A stretch of DNA of 64,000 nt from Nitrosopumilaceae archaeon. Lineage in GTDB: Archaea > Thermoproteota > Nitrososphaeria > Nitrososphaerales > Nitrosopumilaceae. The notes beneath the pieces are model-generated. The model was given only the letters and a program-made list of their open reading frames with translations, had not been told where the DNA came from and did not search any database. This document shows, one piece after another, positions 39,991 through 50,880 of this stretch. The position numbers and the translations under genes were made by a program. Positions within the stretch are counted from its first letter, which is position 1. Every line of letters begins with the position of its first letter. The DNA lies in the NCBI GenBank assembly GCA_965214835.1, contig CBDCCK010000002.1, forward strand, positions 2,176,001-2,240,000, written 5' to 3'.

Positions 39991-40800
39991 TCAAGATGCA
40001 CCTGATGGTCGACGCATACACCAAGCAGGTGCTGGCAGTATCCGTCACAGACGAGGCAGTCAGCGACAGCACGGAACTGCCGGCACTGCTTGAGGCGGCG
40101 GCCAGGAGCATCAAGGAAGAGGAGCAGCAGGACTGCCCCGACAGCGCGGACGCAGTAAAGATCCCCAACATGCTTGCAGACGGGATATCGCCGCTGACCC
40201 TGCTCGGCACCGGAGCGAATAAGGATGCACCGGGCACGATCCTGCTTGCAGACGGCGGATACGGCTCAAGGAAAAACGTATCCGAGTGCCACAAGCGCGG
40301 CATAAGGCCGCTCATACGGCTCTTGACAAGCTGCAATGCAAAGGGCAAGGGCACCGGCGACAAGTGGGGCATGCTTGTGCGAAGCCAGCTAGGGGACGGC
40401 CACGAGGTGCCGGTTGGGGATCTGTCAAAGGAGGAGAGGCAGGAGAACCTACGGTACTGGAAGAGCACGGTAGGCTACGGTACGAGGTGGATCGTCGAGA
40501 TCGTGATATCTGCCATAAAGCGCATGTTAGGCGAGGACGTAAAGGCCCTCAGGTGGTCCAATATAGTGCAGGAGGTAAAGTTGAGGATATGGCTGTACAA
40601 CAAGTGGATCGCAGAGGCGGTGGCTGCCATGTGGGAACCGAGCGCCGGTAGTGATCTTGGCGGATTGGATGGGTTCTAGTCGGAGGTATGTGGTCACGTC
40701 CCCTTGTTAGCTAGGAACGAAAATCACAACCATGCATCTAATTCGTGCCTGACTGATGGGGGTAGGTGACCTCGTACAGTCGGAGTTATGCAACAATCTA
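39991..40800 (+). mobile_element. 5'-truncated IS5-family (IS903-like) element
   Basis: KMHLMVD, LADGGY, YGTRWIVE(6)K motifs; end GTTATGCAACAATCTA. Confidence 0.85.
40686..40777. mobile_element. 92-bp IS66-derived MITE (family C) inside the IS5 right end
   Basis: Ends GTATGTGGTCACGT / AGGTGACCTCGTAC match the IS66 at 11479-13141; 8-bp TSD AGTCGGAG at 40678-40685 and 40778-40785. Confidence 0.9.
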
Positions 40801-40936
40801 GGTGATTTTATATCTTTATTAATTACACCTGATTTAATCATGACATCAGAATGAATGACTTGCATGCCATTATGGGGCAGGACACCCCTGCCAATGTCGC
40901 CCTGATCGTTTGGGTGGGGGGTGACCTGTCGTAGCT

Positions 40937-43900
40937 TTGACACGGGGGAGCCCGTCTAGTCGGACTCTTGTAGATGCAGCCTCCATGTACTTGGCGTTTG
41001 TTGCGGTTGCCGTCTTGGGTCTTGCTGCTGCCGGGGCCCTGCCGGAGGGTGCGTACGCGCAGCAGAGCGAGATCGAGATAGTTGCCGTCAGCAGCCTGGG
41101 AAATAACAACACCCTGCTGCTTGATGCCGCCCATGACGTGGATGTCTTTACAATAGGAAGCCGGACCTACGCTGCGGTGACCTCCGAAGGTGACGACGGC
41201 CTCCAGATTGTAAACGTCTCCAACCCTGCCAGTCTGCAGGCCGCCGGTAGTCTGGCAAACGGGGGATCCGCGCGGCTTTCCAACGCCCAGGGCGTGGACA
41301 CCTTTACGATAGGCAGCAGCACTTACGCAGCGGTGGCCGCCTACAGCCAGGGCCTCCAGATTGTAAACGTCACCGATCCTGACAATCCCGCCGCCGTCGG
41401 GAATCTGTCTGATGGCGGCTCCAGTAAGCTTAACGGCGCCCAGGGCGTGGATGTATTCACGATAGGCGGCGACACCTACGCCGCAGTGGCAGCCCACGTG
41501 GACAATGCCCTCCAGATTGTAAACGTCACCGATCCTGACAATCCCGCCGCCGTCGGGAATCTGGCCGATGGCGACGGCTCCCTGGAGCTTAACGGCGCCC
41601 AGGGCGTGAATGTATTCACGATAGGCAGCAACAAATACGCTGCAGTGGCCGCAGTTGATGACAACGGCCTCCAGATAGTCAACGTTACGGATCCGACCAA
41701 CCCGGCAGCGGCCGGGAAACTGAGTGACACGGGCTCCCTGGAGCTTCACGGCGCCCGCGGCGTGACCACCTTTGTGATAGGCGGCAACACATACGCCGCA
41801 GTCGCCTCCTGGACTGACGACGGCTTTCAGATTGTAAACGTCACCGATCCTGACAATCCCGCCCCAGCCGGGCGTCTGGAGGATAGCGGCTCACTGAGGC
41901 TTGACGGCGCCCAGGGCGTGGATGTATTCACGATAGGCAGCAGCACTTATGTGGTGGTATCCTCGGGATCCGACAACGGACTACAGATAGTCAACGTCAC
42001 CGATCCTGACAATCCCGCCCCAGCCGGGAATTTGGGGGATAACGGCTCCAGGAAGCTTGCCAACGCCCGCAACCTAGACGTCTTTGTGATAGGTGAAAGC
42101 ACCTACGCTGCAGTGACTGCCATCCGAGATGATGGCCTCCAGATAGTGAGGTTGGAGACAGAGACGCCCAACAGCCCGCCTGTGGCACCGAACGAGACGG
42201 CAACTACTGCAGAGGACACGTCCGTTACCATAACGCCTACCGTATCAGATCCCGACACATCGGACACCCCGGTAATATCGGCAGTCGATAACCCGCCAAA
42301 CGGGACTGCCACTCATGATGATAATACGATAACCTACACGCCCGACTCTGACTATGATGGTACGGACACCTTCGGATATACGGTAACTGACGGCACCGAC
42401 ACGGCGCAGGGCACGGTAACGGTAACCGTAACGCGCGACAACAACGACCCCGTCTTGGGTACCATAGGAGACCAGACGGCCACTCTGGATGTTCAACTAA
42501 CCATAACGCCTACCGTAACTGACGCCGATCCGACTGACACGCACACGTACTCGATATCGCGCGGCACGCTGCCGGCAGCTGCCGCATTCACTCCATCTGA
42601 CGGCAGTCTCGTCTGGACGCCCGTACAGGCCGATGCCGGGCAGACCCACACGGTCACCATAACCGTAAATGACGGCCGCGGAGGCACCGCTTCTGAGGCA
42701 TTTGACATAGCAGTGGCAGATGCACCCAACGCCCCGCCGGTGGCGCCAGACGAGACGGCCACGACTGCAGAGGACACGCCCGTTACCATAACTCCGAATA
42801 TATCGGATCCCGATACATCGGACACTCCTGTAATATCGGCAGTAGATAACCCGCCAAACGGGACTGCCACTCATGATGATGATACGATAACTTATACGCC
42901 TGATCAGGACTATGACGGTACGGACACGTTCGGATATACGGTATCTGATGGAACAGACACGGCGCAGGGAACCGTAACGGTAACCGTAACGCGCGACAAC
43001 AACGCCCCCGTAATGGGTACAATAGGCGACCAGAACGCGACGCCGGGCATACAGCTGGTCATAACGCCCACGGTAACTGACGATGATCCGACTGACACGC
43101 ACACGTATTCCATATCGCGCGGCACGCTGCCGGCAGCTGCCGTATTTTCCACCTCTGGTGGCCTCCTCATCTGGACGCCCGTGCAGGCCGATGCAGGACA
43201 GACACACACGGTCACCATAACCGTAGATGACAGCCGCGGCGGCACCAACTCGCAAACCTTTGACATAGTCGTGGCCGACATGGACACCTCTGAAATCACG
43301 CTTACCCCCGTCGGGAATCTGAATGATACCGACTCCAGAGAACTTGACGACGCCCAAGGCGTGGCCGTCTTTGCGATCGGGCAGAACACATACGCTGCAG
43401 TCGCCGCATCCCGCGACGACGGCCTCCAGATTGTTAACATCACAGATCCATCCAATCCGACAGCTGCCGACAGCCTGGGGGATAACAACACCCTGCTGCT
43501 TGGTGGCGCCCAGGGCGTGGACATATTTGCTATAGGGGCTAACACCTACGCTGCAGTGGCCTCCTCCGCCGATGACGGCCTCCAGATTATCGATGTCACA
43601 AACCCTTCCAGTCTTGTGGCAGTCGGGAATCTGGAAGATACCATAGATGAGGTGGGGGACACTCCGATAGAAGGATTTTTGCTTGACGGCGCCAGCAGCG
43701 TGGACATCTTTACAATAAACGGCAGCACCTACGCTGCAGTGGCCTCCTCCGCCGATGACGGCCTCCAGATTATCGATGTCACAAACCCTGCCAGCCCTGA
43801 CGCTGCCGGCAGCCTGGGGGATAACAGCACCCTGCGGCTTGACGGCGCCAACGCAGTGACCATCTTTGGGATAAATTCGAGTATCTACGCCGCAGTGACC

Positions 43901-46660
43901 TCCTTTGCAGACGACGGCCTCCAGATTGTCGATGTCACAAACCCTGCCAGCCCCGCCGCCGCCGGCAGCCTGGGGGATAACAACACCCTGCGGCTTGACG
44001 GCCCTCAAGGCGTGACCACCTTTGTGATAGGCAGCAGCACCTACGTGGCGATATCCTCACAGACAGACAATGGCCTCCAGATCATCGATGTCACAAACCC
44101 TGCCAGCCCCGCCGCCGCCGGCAGCCTTGCAGACACGAACTCACTATTGCTTGGCAACGTCAACGGTATAGATGCCTTTATGATGGGCAACACCACCTAC
44201 GTGGCAGCTGCCTCCTTTATCGAGAAAGGCCTCCAGATTATCGACGTCACCGATCCTGCCGGCCCGGTAGGTGCCGGGAATCTTGCAGACACGACCTCCC
44301 TGCTGCTTGATGGCCCGCGCGACGTGGACATATTCACGATAGGCAGCAGCACCTACGCCGCAGTGGCATCCGAATACGATGACGGTCTGCAGGTGGTGAG
44401 GCTAGATGAGGCCGCATCCAGCATCCCGCCTGTCATATCACTTGTGGGAGACAACCCGTTGATCCATGAGCTGGGCACCCCGTACGCAGATCCGGGTGCC
44501 ACGACCGACGACGGTTCTGAAGTCACAACGGATACATCACAGGTCGACGTCAACGTGCTCGGGGATTATCTGGTCACATATACTGCCACCGACGATGACG
44601 GCAACACGGCAACGGCGATCAGGATAGTGTATGTGCGCGATACCGCCCCCCCGACATTTGAGTCTGCAACCCTTAATGTGAACACGGGTGCCATGACCAT
44701 AACCTTCAGCGAGACGATAGACGTATCGACAACCAACCTGTCCCTGCTGTACGTCAGCGACATAAACCAGGAAGATACCGTCCTGCTGGAAGGCGCCGGC
44801 TTTGACGATGCGACACTCGATACAGAGACCCTCTCACTCACGCTTGTAGAGTCCCAGCTGACGCAGATAATCCCGATGGACACGCCGCAGCTCGACATTT
44901 CCTCTGGTGCCGTATCTGATATACTCGGCAACCAGATAGGGGACTCGCCGGATAACCCGATCACGGTAACCGCAGACGACCCAGGGCCCTCCTTTGAATC
45001 TGCAACCCTTGACGAGAACACGGGTGCCATGACCATAACCTTCAGCGAGACAGTCGACATATCGGCTACCGGCCTCACACTGATGTATGTCAGCGATATA
45101 AACCAGGCAAACACCGTATCGCTGGGTGGCGCCGTATTCGACTTTGGATCTGCCGACGTCGAGACCCTCTCACTCACGCTTGTAGAGTCCCAGCTGACGC
45201 AGATAATCCCGATGGACACGCCGCAGCTCGACATTTCCTCTGGTGCCGTATCTGATATACTCGGCAACCAGATAGGGGACTCGCCGGATAACCCGATCAC
45301 GGTAACCGCAGACGACCCAGGGCCCTCCTTTGAATCTGCAACCCTTGACGAGAACACGGGTGCCATGACCATAACCTTCAGCGAGACAGTCGACATATCG
45401 GCTACCGGCCTCACACTGATGTATGTCAGCGATATAAACCAGGCAAACACCGTATCGCTGGGTGGCGCCGTATTCGACTTTGGATCTGCCGACGTCGAGA
45501 CCCTCTCGCTCACGCTCCTTCGGGCCCAGCTGGGGGAGATAGCCCCGATGAGGATCCCACAACTTGACATTTCTGCCGGTGCCGTATCGGATCTGCGCGG
45601 CAACCTGATAGACGAGTCACCGGACAACCCGATCACGATCCCGGGACGTGTCCCGACCGGGGAGGACGACACCGTACCGCCGCCGTCTGCCGGCCGGAGC
45701 AGCGGAGTCGGCGGTGGTGGAGGTGGCGGCGGCCGCACCGGCATCATATCTTCCTCGGCCAGTGAGAATCTTGTATACATATCCTCCATATCGTGGGACT
45801 GCACAGCCAGACTCGTGACGACCGAAGCCGCGCCCGCATCTGATAATCTATCTGTCTCGGTGCGTACCACCGCCAACAGCCTTACACGGGCTACGGATGC
45901 AGGACAGACTGCAGATGGACTGGCCGTGTTTACTGCGCCGATGAGCGAAAGCGAGACGTACATCGGTGTCAGCGCAGTCCTGCACTCTGGAGGGGACATC
46001 AGCTCCGATTACGAGTCGGTAAACATCGATGCCTGTACCGGCAAGCACACGTATGACATCCCGGTACCGGTATCTTATGATACTGCCGGGCAGGCAGTCG
46101 GGCAGCCGCCCGATGTGACGGTCGGGCCGCCGATGCCTGTAGAGCCTTCTGCCCCGGTACAGCCGGAGCCCGAGCCGTCGGTGATGCCAGAGCCTTCTGC
46201 CCCGGTACAGCCGGAGCCCGAGCCGCCGATGCCTGTAGAACCTCAGGATCAGACACAGCCCGAGCCGCAGGCAGCCTCGGAGCCAGGCGGCTCGTGCCTG
46301 ATAGCGACTGCCGCATACGGAACCGAGCTGGCGCCGCAGGTGCAGGCACTCAGGGAGATACGAGACGGCACGCTTCTCTCGACTGACTCGGGCACCTCCT
46401 TTGTAGCCGGATTCAACTCTGTATACTATTCGTTCTCGCCTGCAGTAGCCGACTTGGAGCGACAGAACCCGGCATTTCGTGAGGCCGTACGGGTGCTTGT
46501 GACCCCGATGATCTCGACGCTGTCGATAATGTCGCTTGCCGAGGAGGGCTCAGATGCCTCGGTGCTGGCGCTGGGCGCCTCGGTCATTGCCCTTAATATC
46601 GGCATGTATGTAGCAGCCCCTGCGGCCGTCATCGTAGCTGCCCGGCGACTGCGAGGATGA
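40937..46660 (+). CDS. Giant cell-surface protein: LVIVD-like propeller repeats, cadherin/Ig-like domains, Pro-rich stalk, CFI-box-CTERM anchor
   Basis: Signal-like N-terminus; 15 YAAV..DDGLQIVNV repeats in two blocks; duplicated Ig pairs; GGSCLIATAAYGTELAPQVQALREIRD and C-terminal TM. Confidence 0.92.
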   Translation: MTRGSPSSRTLVDAASMYLAFVAVAVLGLAAAGALPEGAYAQQSEIEIVAVSSLGNNNTLLLDAAHDVDVFTIGSRTYAAVTSEGDDGLQIVNVSNPASLQAAGSLANGGSARLSNAQGVDTFTIGSSTYAAVAAYSQGLQIVNVTDPDNPAAVGNLSDGGSSKLNGAQGVDVFTIGGDTYAAVAAHVDNALQIVNVTDPDNPAAVGNLADGDGSLELNGAQGVNVFTIGSNKYAAVAAVDDNGLQIVNVTDPTNPAAAGKLSDTGSLELHGARGVTTFVIGGNTYAAVASWTDDGFQIVNVTDPDNPAPAGRLEDSGSLRLDGAQGVDVFTIGSSTYVVVSSGSDNGLQIVNVTDPDNPAPAGNLGDNGSRKLANARNLDVFVIGESTYAAVTAIRDDGLQIVRLETETPNSPPVAPNETATTAEDTSVTITPTVSDPDTSDTPVISAVDNPPNGTATHDDNTITYTPDSDYDGTDTFGYTVTDGTDTAQGTVTVTVTRDNNDPVLGTIGDQTATLDVQLTITPTVTDADPTDTHTYSISRGTLPAAAAFTPSDGSLVWTPVQADAGQTHTVTITVNDGRGGTASEAFDIAVADAPNAPPVAPDETATTAEDTPVTITPNISDPDTSDTPVISAVDNPPNGTATHDDDTITYTPDQDYDGTDTFGYTVSDGTDTAQGTVTVTVTRDNNAPVMGTIGDQNATPGIQLVITPTVTDDDPTDTHTYSISRGTLPAAAVFSTSGGLLIWTPVQADAGQTHTVTITVDDSRGGTNSQTFDIVVADMDTSEITLTPVGNLNDTDSRELDDAQGVAVFAIGQNTYAAVAASRDDGLQIVNITDPSNPTAADSLGDNNTLLLGGAQGVDIFAIGANTYAAVASSADDGLQIIDVTNPSSLVAVGNLEDTIDEVGDTPIEGFLLDGASSVDIFTINGSTYAAVASSADDGLQIIDVTNPASPDAAGSLGDNSTLRLDGANAVTIFGINSSIYAAVTSFADDGLQIVDVTNPASPAAAGSLGDNNTLRLDGPQGVTTFVIGSSTYVAISSQTDNGLQIIDVTNPASPAAAGSLADTNSLLLGNVNGIDAFMMGNTTYVAAASFIEKGLQIIDVTDPAGPVGAGNLADTTSLLLDGPRDVDIFTIGSSTYAAVASEYDDGLQVVRLDEAASSIPPVISLVGDNPLIHELGTPYADPGATTDDGSEVTTDTSQVDVNVLGDYLVTYTATDDDGNTATAIRIVYVRDTAPPTFESATLNVNTGAMTITFSETIDVSTTNLSLLYVSDINQEDTVLLEGAGFDDATLDTETLSLTLVESQLTQIIPMDTPQLDISSGAVSDILGNQIGDSPDNPITVTADDPGPSFESATLDENTGAMTITFSETVDISATGLTLMYVSDINQANTVSLGGAVFDFGSADVETLSLTLVESQLTQIIPMDTPQLDISSGAVSDILGNQIGDSPDNPITVTADDPGPSFESATLDENTGAMTITFSETVDISATGLTLMYVSDINQANTVSLGGAVFDFGSADVETLSLTLLRAQLGEIAPMRIPQLDISAGAVSDLRGNLIDESPDNPITIPGRVPTGEDDTVPPPSAGRSSGVGGGGGGGGRTGIISSSASENLVYISSISWDCTARLVTTEAAPASDNLSVSVRTTANSLTRATDAGQTADGLAVFTAPMSESETYIGVSAVLHSGGDISSDYESVNIDACTGKHTYDIPVPVSYDTAGQAVGQPPDVTVGPPMPVEPSAPVQPEPEPSVMPEPSAPVQPEPEPPMPVEPQDQTQPEPQAASEPGGSCLIATAAYGTELAPQVQALREIRDGTLLSTDSGTSFVAGFNSVYYSFSPAVADLERQNPAFREAVRVLVTPMISTLSIMSLAEEGSDASVLALGASVIALNIGMYVAAPAAVIVAARRLRG
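44825..45496 (+). repeat. In-frame 336-bp tandem duplication, apparently identical copies
   Basis: GAGACCCTCTC recurs at 44825, 45161 and 45497. Confidence 0.9.
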
Positions 46661-46914
46661 AATCCGCCGGTAACTAGAGAGCAACTAATGCCATGCCCGC
46701 CTCTAATACGACCTAGCAGTCGAAATCCGACCAAGCATGCCTTAGGCGAGGCGTTCACCCTTTGCAATTTTGCCGGATCTGATCCAACTCGCACGCTTTG
46801 CTTGAATTAGGTGTGATCTGAACTGCTGCAGGCCGATTGGTGATCATGGGTCGTCCATTCTGGGAACAAAAGCGGATGGTTCATAAATAAATCCGCCCAA
46901 AAGCGGTTACCACA

Positions 46915-48798
46915 TTGACATTTGCTCTTGTCCTAGACGAAATCAAAAACAACATAGAAAAAATTTTATCTGAATTGGGGGTTTCTGGCGTAGCATATTC
47001 TGTAGAGCCTGCACGGCCCGGATTTGGCGATGTGACCTGCAACGTCCCGTTTCTTCTCTCAAAACATCTTAAAAAAGCCCCGCGGGAGATTGCAAGGCAA
47101 GTTTCTGCAAAATATCAGAGCTTGGACAGCAGGCTGGTGTCCGGCGTTGATGCACACCCTTCAGGCTATGTCAACTTTGCCGTGAACATGAGTGCCCTGG
47201 GCGAAATCATAATCAAAAACTCTGCAAGCGACGACTATGGATCAGTCGATGTAGGACGATCCTCCAGGACTGTCGTGGAGCATACCAGCGTTAATCCCAA
47301 CAAGGCGCTGCACATTGGCCATGTCAGAAACATCGTCGTCGGAGACACCGTCTCCAGAATCCTGCGCAAGGCAAACTATGATGTCACCGTACTAAACTAC
47401 GTTGACGACTCTGGATTGCAGGTGGCAGACATCGTATTGGGGTTCAAAAGGCTGGGATTCTCCGAAGAACCCCCCCCAAACACAAAGTTTGACCATTATT
47501 GTGGGGATGAGGTTTATGTCAAAACCGCCAAGAAATACGCCGAGCGTCCGGATCTTGAGCATGCAAGAAAAGACATTCTGAAGGAAATCGAGGAGGGGGA
47601 CTCTGAGACTGCGGCATTTGCCGACTCTGTGACCAGGCGCGTGCTCAAGGGACAGCTGCAGACATGCTGGAACCTGTCTGCATCCTATGACTGCCTAAAC
47701 TACGAGTCGCAAATCATCCGTTCAGGCCTATGGGCTGAAATTTTTGAAAAGCTGAGGTCGATGGGCCTGATTGAGCTGGAAGGCGAAGGTAAAAACTCCG
47801 GATGCTGGGTGATTCGCGGTGATGGCAGGGAGGATGACAAGGTCCTAGTGCGAAGCAACGGGACTGCAACATACATCGCAAAGGACATCCCATATGCTGC
47901 ATGGAAGCTGGGTCTGGTCGGTGATCCATTCAGCTATGAGGAATATGATGCCAGGCAGCCCGGCGACCGGATCCTGTGGCAGACAACATTGAATGATACC
48001 GGGATCAAAAAAGAGTTCAAGGGAGACAGGGTGGTGACCGTAATTGACTCGCGGCAGTCCAGACTGCAAAAAATAATCACGGTTTTGATGGACAAATTCA
48101 AGTCATCTGCCGGCGCATACGTGCACCTGGGCTACGAGTCTGTGACCCTGAGCCCCGATACTGCCAGGGCCCTAGGAATCAAAGCGGAGGGAAGGCAGAC
48201 CCAGATGTCTGGCAGAAAGGGCCTTTATGTCAGCGCCGATGCAGTATATGACATGCTGGTTGAAAAATCATCTGCAGAAACCAGAAAGCGCAACCCTGAT
48301 CTGCCTGATTCCAAGGTCATGGACATTGCAAAGACCGTCTCTGTTGGAACGCTGCGCTATGAGATGATAAGGCAGGATCTTGACAAAATCATCATCTTTG
48401 ATCTGGCAAAGTCCATGAGCCTGGAGGGCGACACTGCGCCGTACATCCAGTATACACATGCAAGGGCATCCCGGATTCTCGAAAAGGCAGGAGCCCGGCC
48501 GAACTTTGATGCAGATTATTCCCTGTTGGAAAGCCAATACGAGAGGGATCTGATCAAGCAAATCGGCCTGTTTGGGGGCGCGGTAGGCGATTCGGCCCGC
48601 AACCTCTCGCCCAAGGTGATTGCCCGATACTGCCATGAGCTGGCCGTACTGTTCAACTCGTTTTATGAGCATGTACGCGTACTGGATCCTGATGATTCTG
48701 AGCTAACCTGCGCCCGGATCTGCCTTGTCTCCTCGTTTGGCATGACGCTCAGAAAGGCGCTGGCATTGCTGGGAATCACAGCACCCGACAGGATGTAA
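46915..48798 (+). CDS. argS: Arginine--tRNA ligase
   Basis: EHTSVNPNKALHIGH, MSGRKG, PYIQYTHAR, APDRM. Confidence 0.97.
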   Translation: MTFALVLDEIKNNIEKILSELGVSGVAYSVEPARPGFGDVTCNVPFLLSKHLKKAPREIARQVSAKYQSLDSRLVSGVDAHPSGYVNFAVNMSALGEIIIKNSASDDYGSVDVGRSSRTVVEHTSVNPNKALHIGHVRNIVVGDTVSRILRKANYDVTVLNYVDDSGLQVADIVLGFKRLGFSEEPPPNTKFDHYCGDEVYVKTAKKYAERPDLEHARKDILKEIEEGDSETAAFADSVTRRVLKGQLQTCWNLSASYDCLNYESQIIRSGLWAEIFEKLRSMGLIELEGEGKNSGCWVIRGDGREDDKVLVRSNGTATYIAKDIPYAAWKLGLVGDPFSYEEYDARQPGDRILWQTTLNDTGIKKEFKGDRVVTVIDSRQSRLQKIITVLMDKFKSSAGAYVHLGYESVTLSPDTARALGIKAEGRQTQMSGRKGLYVSADAVYDMLVEKSSAETRKRNPDLPDSKVMDIAKTVSVGTLRYEMIRQDLDKIIIFDLAKSMSLEGDTAPYIQYTHARASRILEKAGARPNFDADYSLLESQYERDLIKQIGLFGGAVGDSARNLSPKVIARYCHELAVLFNSFYEHVRVLDPDDSELTCARICLVSSFGMTLRKALALLGITAPDRM

Positions 48799-48838
48799 AA
48801 ACCAGTAGGTTATTATCCAAAACTCCCCGCGTGTACCT

Positions 48839-49645
48839 GTGGCAAAAATCAGGCGAAACTCACCCGTGCTTTTCTATTACAACCGCTCAAAAAAATGGTT
48901 GACTAGGATCTCCACCGGTGAGGAGCTTCACACCCACATCGGCGTAATAAGACACCGGGATGCAATCGGCAAGGAGTACGGCTCTAGGCTGATCACCGGC
49001 AAGGACAAGTACGTATACCTGCTTGAGCCCACAATCCACGATTATATAATGAAGATCCAGCACGGCACCCAGATTGTCTATCCGAAGGAGCTGGGATACA
49101 TAGCGGCCCGCGCGGGAATCCAGAGCGGGCAAAAAATCCTGGAGGTTGGAACCGGCAGCGGCGCCCTTACCAGCTATGTCGCAGGAATCGTGCGGCCGAG
49201 GGGACACGTGTATACCTTTGATGTCGACGAGGGCTTTATGAGGATTGCAGCCAAGAACATCGAGAGGGCCGGCCTTACAAAGTTTGTCACCCAGAAAAAG
49301 CTTGACCTCAAGACTTCAAAGACCGTCCCGGTCAAGAACGCCGATGTGGCGCTAATCGATCTTGGCGACCCATGGACCGTAATCCCAAAGGTCAGGGAAA
49401 TGCTCAAGGGCAGCGGCGCGGTCTTTGCAGTATGCCCAACGATGAACCAGCTGGAAAAGCTGACTGCCGCCCTGACGCAAAACGAGTTCACGGACATCGA
49501 GTCCACCGAACTGATCCTCCGGGGCATCGACGCGCGCGAGGGAAAGACGCGCCATTCCTTTCAGGGCATAGGCCATACTGCCTACCTGTGTTTTGGACGA
49601 AAGGCGTTCTTTGATGAAAGGCCAAAAAGGGTAAAATCAAAATAA
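48839..49645 (+). CDS. trmI: tRNA (adenine-N1)-methyltransferase
   Basis: TQIVYPKE, EVGTGSG, DLGDPW, GHTAYL. Confidence 0.92.
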   Translation: MAKIRRNSPVLFYYNRSKKWLTRISTGEELHTHIGVIRHRDAIGKEYGSRLITGKDKYVYLLEPTIHDYIMKIQHGTQIVYPKELGYIAARAGIQSGQKILEVGTGSGALTSYVAGIVRPRGHVYTFDVDEGFMRIAAKNIERAGLTKFVTQKKLDLKTSKTVPVKNADVALIDLGDPWTVIPKVREMLKGSGAVFAVCPTMNQLEKLTAALTQNEFTDIESTELILRGIDAREGKTRHSFQGIGHTAYLCFGRKAFFDERPKRVKSK

Positions 49646-49668
49646 AGCATGTCGCGTGGTAAAATCAG

Positions 49669-49768
49669 TTGAAAAGCACTGCCCTGACACCCCCAACCGT
49701 CAAGAGATTCATCCCTGCCAGGGATACCAACTCGCGAAAGGGCGCCAACGGGACCGTCCTGGTCGTGG
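49669..49768 (+). pseudogene. nnrD: N-terminal stub of NAD(P)HX dehydratase, truncated by IS481
   Basis: FIPARDTNSRKGANGTVLVV matches the YjeF-C start motif, then IS sequence begins. Confidence 0.75.
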
Positions 49769-50829
49769 TCTATTGTACGAAAAGTCGGCCGCCTAGGATC
49801 AGGAGGACAATAGCGGACTGTTTTAGGCTGTACCGATCACGAAAAACCATGAAAAAGAGACTGACAGAAGAGTCACGGCAGTACTTGATAAGACAGCGCA
49901 AGAAAGGCGTCGCGCCATCCAAGATGGCAAAGGATCTGAATATCACGGCAAGGCACGTAAGGAGGCTGTGGGCCCGGTTCCAGGTGACCGGGACGACGCG
50001 TATGAAGATGGGCAGGCCGCACGTTCCGGTCACGGCCGCCCAGATACGTCTGGTGACCGGGACGCACCAGAGCGAGCCGGCAGGCGTGCTGCGCACCGCA
50101 GGCAGACTGAGGAACAGTCACAATACAAGCTGCCGTGCAGTATACCGCATAATGAAGAAGAACGGCCTAGCGGTCCCGTCTGCGGCAAAATCAAAGAAGA
50201 GAAGGTACGTTCGCTTTGAGCGCAGGTACTCCAACGCCATGTGGCACGCAGACTGGCACGAGATGAAGGATCCACGCCTAAAAGGGGTTCTATCTAGTCA
50301 CGTATCTTGATGATGCCTCAAGGTGCATTACGGGGGCCGCGCTCTTTGAGCATGCCACCTCTGAGAACGCCGTAATGGCGCTCAGGCTGGCGATCGAGAG
50401 GTTTGGCACGCCTGCATCCATACTGTCTGACAACGGCTCGCGCTTTGTAGGACAGAACGGCAGAAAAAAGGCGGTCTCCAAGGGCGGCACCGGCATGGGG
50501 ACATGGCAGCCCACGCTCTTTGAGGAGGAGCTGCTTGCATGGGACATCATCCTGATAAACTCCAGGCCGTATCACCCGCAGACCAACGGCAGGCTGGAGC
50601 GGACTCCATCGCACCATAGAGGAGGAGATACGGCATTATGACGGCCCAAGGCAGTACGTGGACTATTACAACGAGAGAAGGCCCCCACTTTTCGCTTGAC
50701 ATTGCCAACTGCGAGACGCCGCTTCAGGCGTTTAGGAGCAGGGAGGCCACCGATGCGATCAGAAAAAAAGACCCAAAATGGATGGAGAGGGACACAGATG
50801 ACTAGCGGACCGACTTTTCATATAATACA
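49769..50829 (+). mobile_element. IS481-family element with frameshifted transposase
   Basis: IRs TCTATTGTACGAAAAGTCGG / TGTATTATATGAAAAGTCGG; WHADW, DDASR, SDNGS, HPQTNGRLER in shifting frames; no TSD. Confidence 0.88.
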
Positions 50830-50880
50830 TCGTACCTGTGGGGAGAAAACCCTTTATTATGCTCCAAAACCACATCAGTC

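Noticed and set aside
42497-45999. Long antisense ORFs (503 and 477 aa)
   Set aside because: Shadows of the repetitive surface-protein gene.
49669-50310. 213-aa ORF as a genuine fusion protein
   Set aside because: Chance read-through from the nnrD stub into the IS481 transposase.
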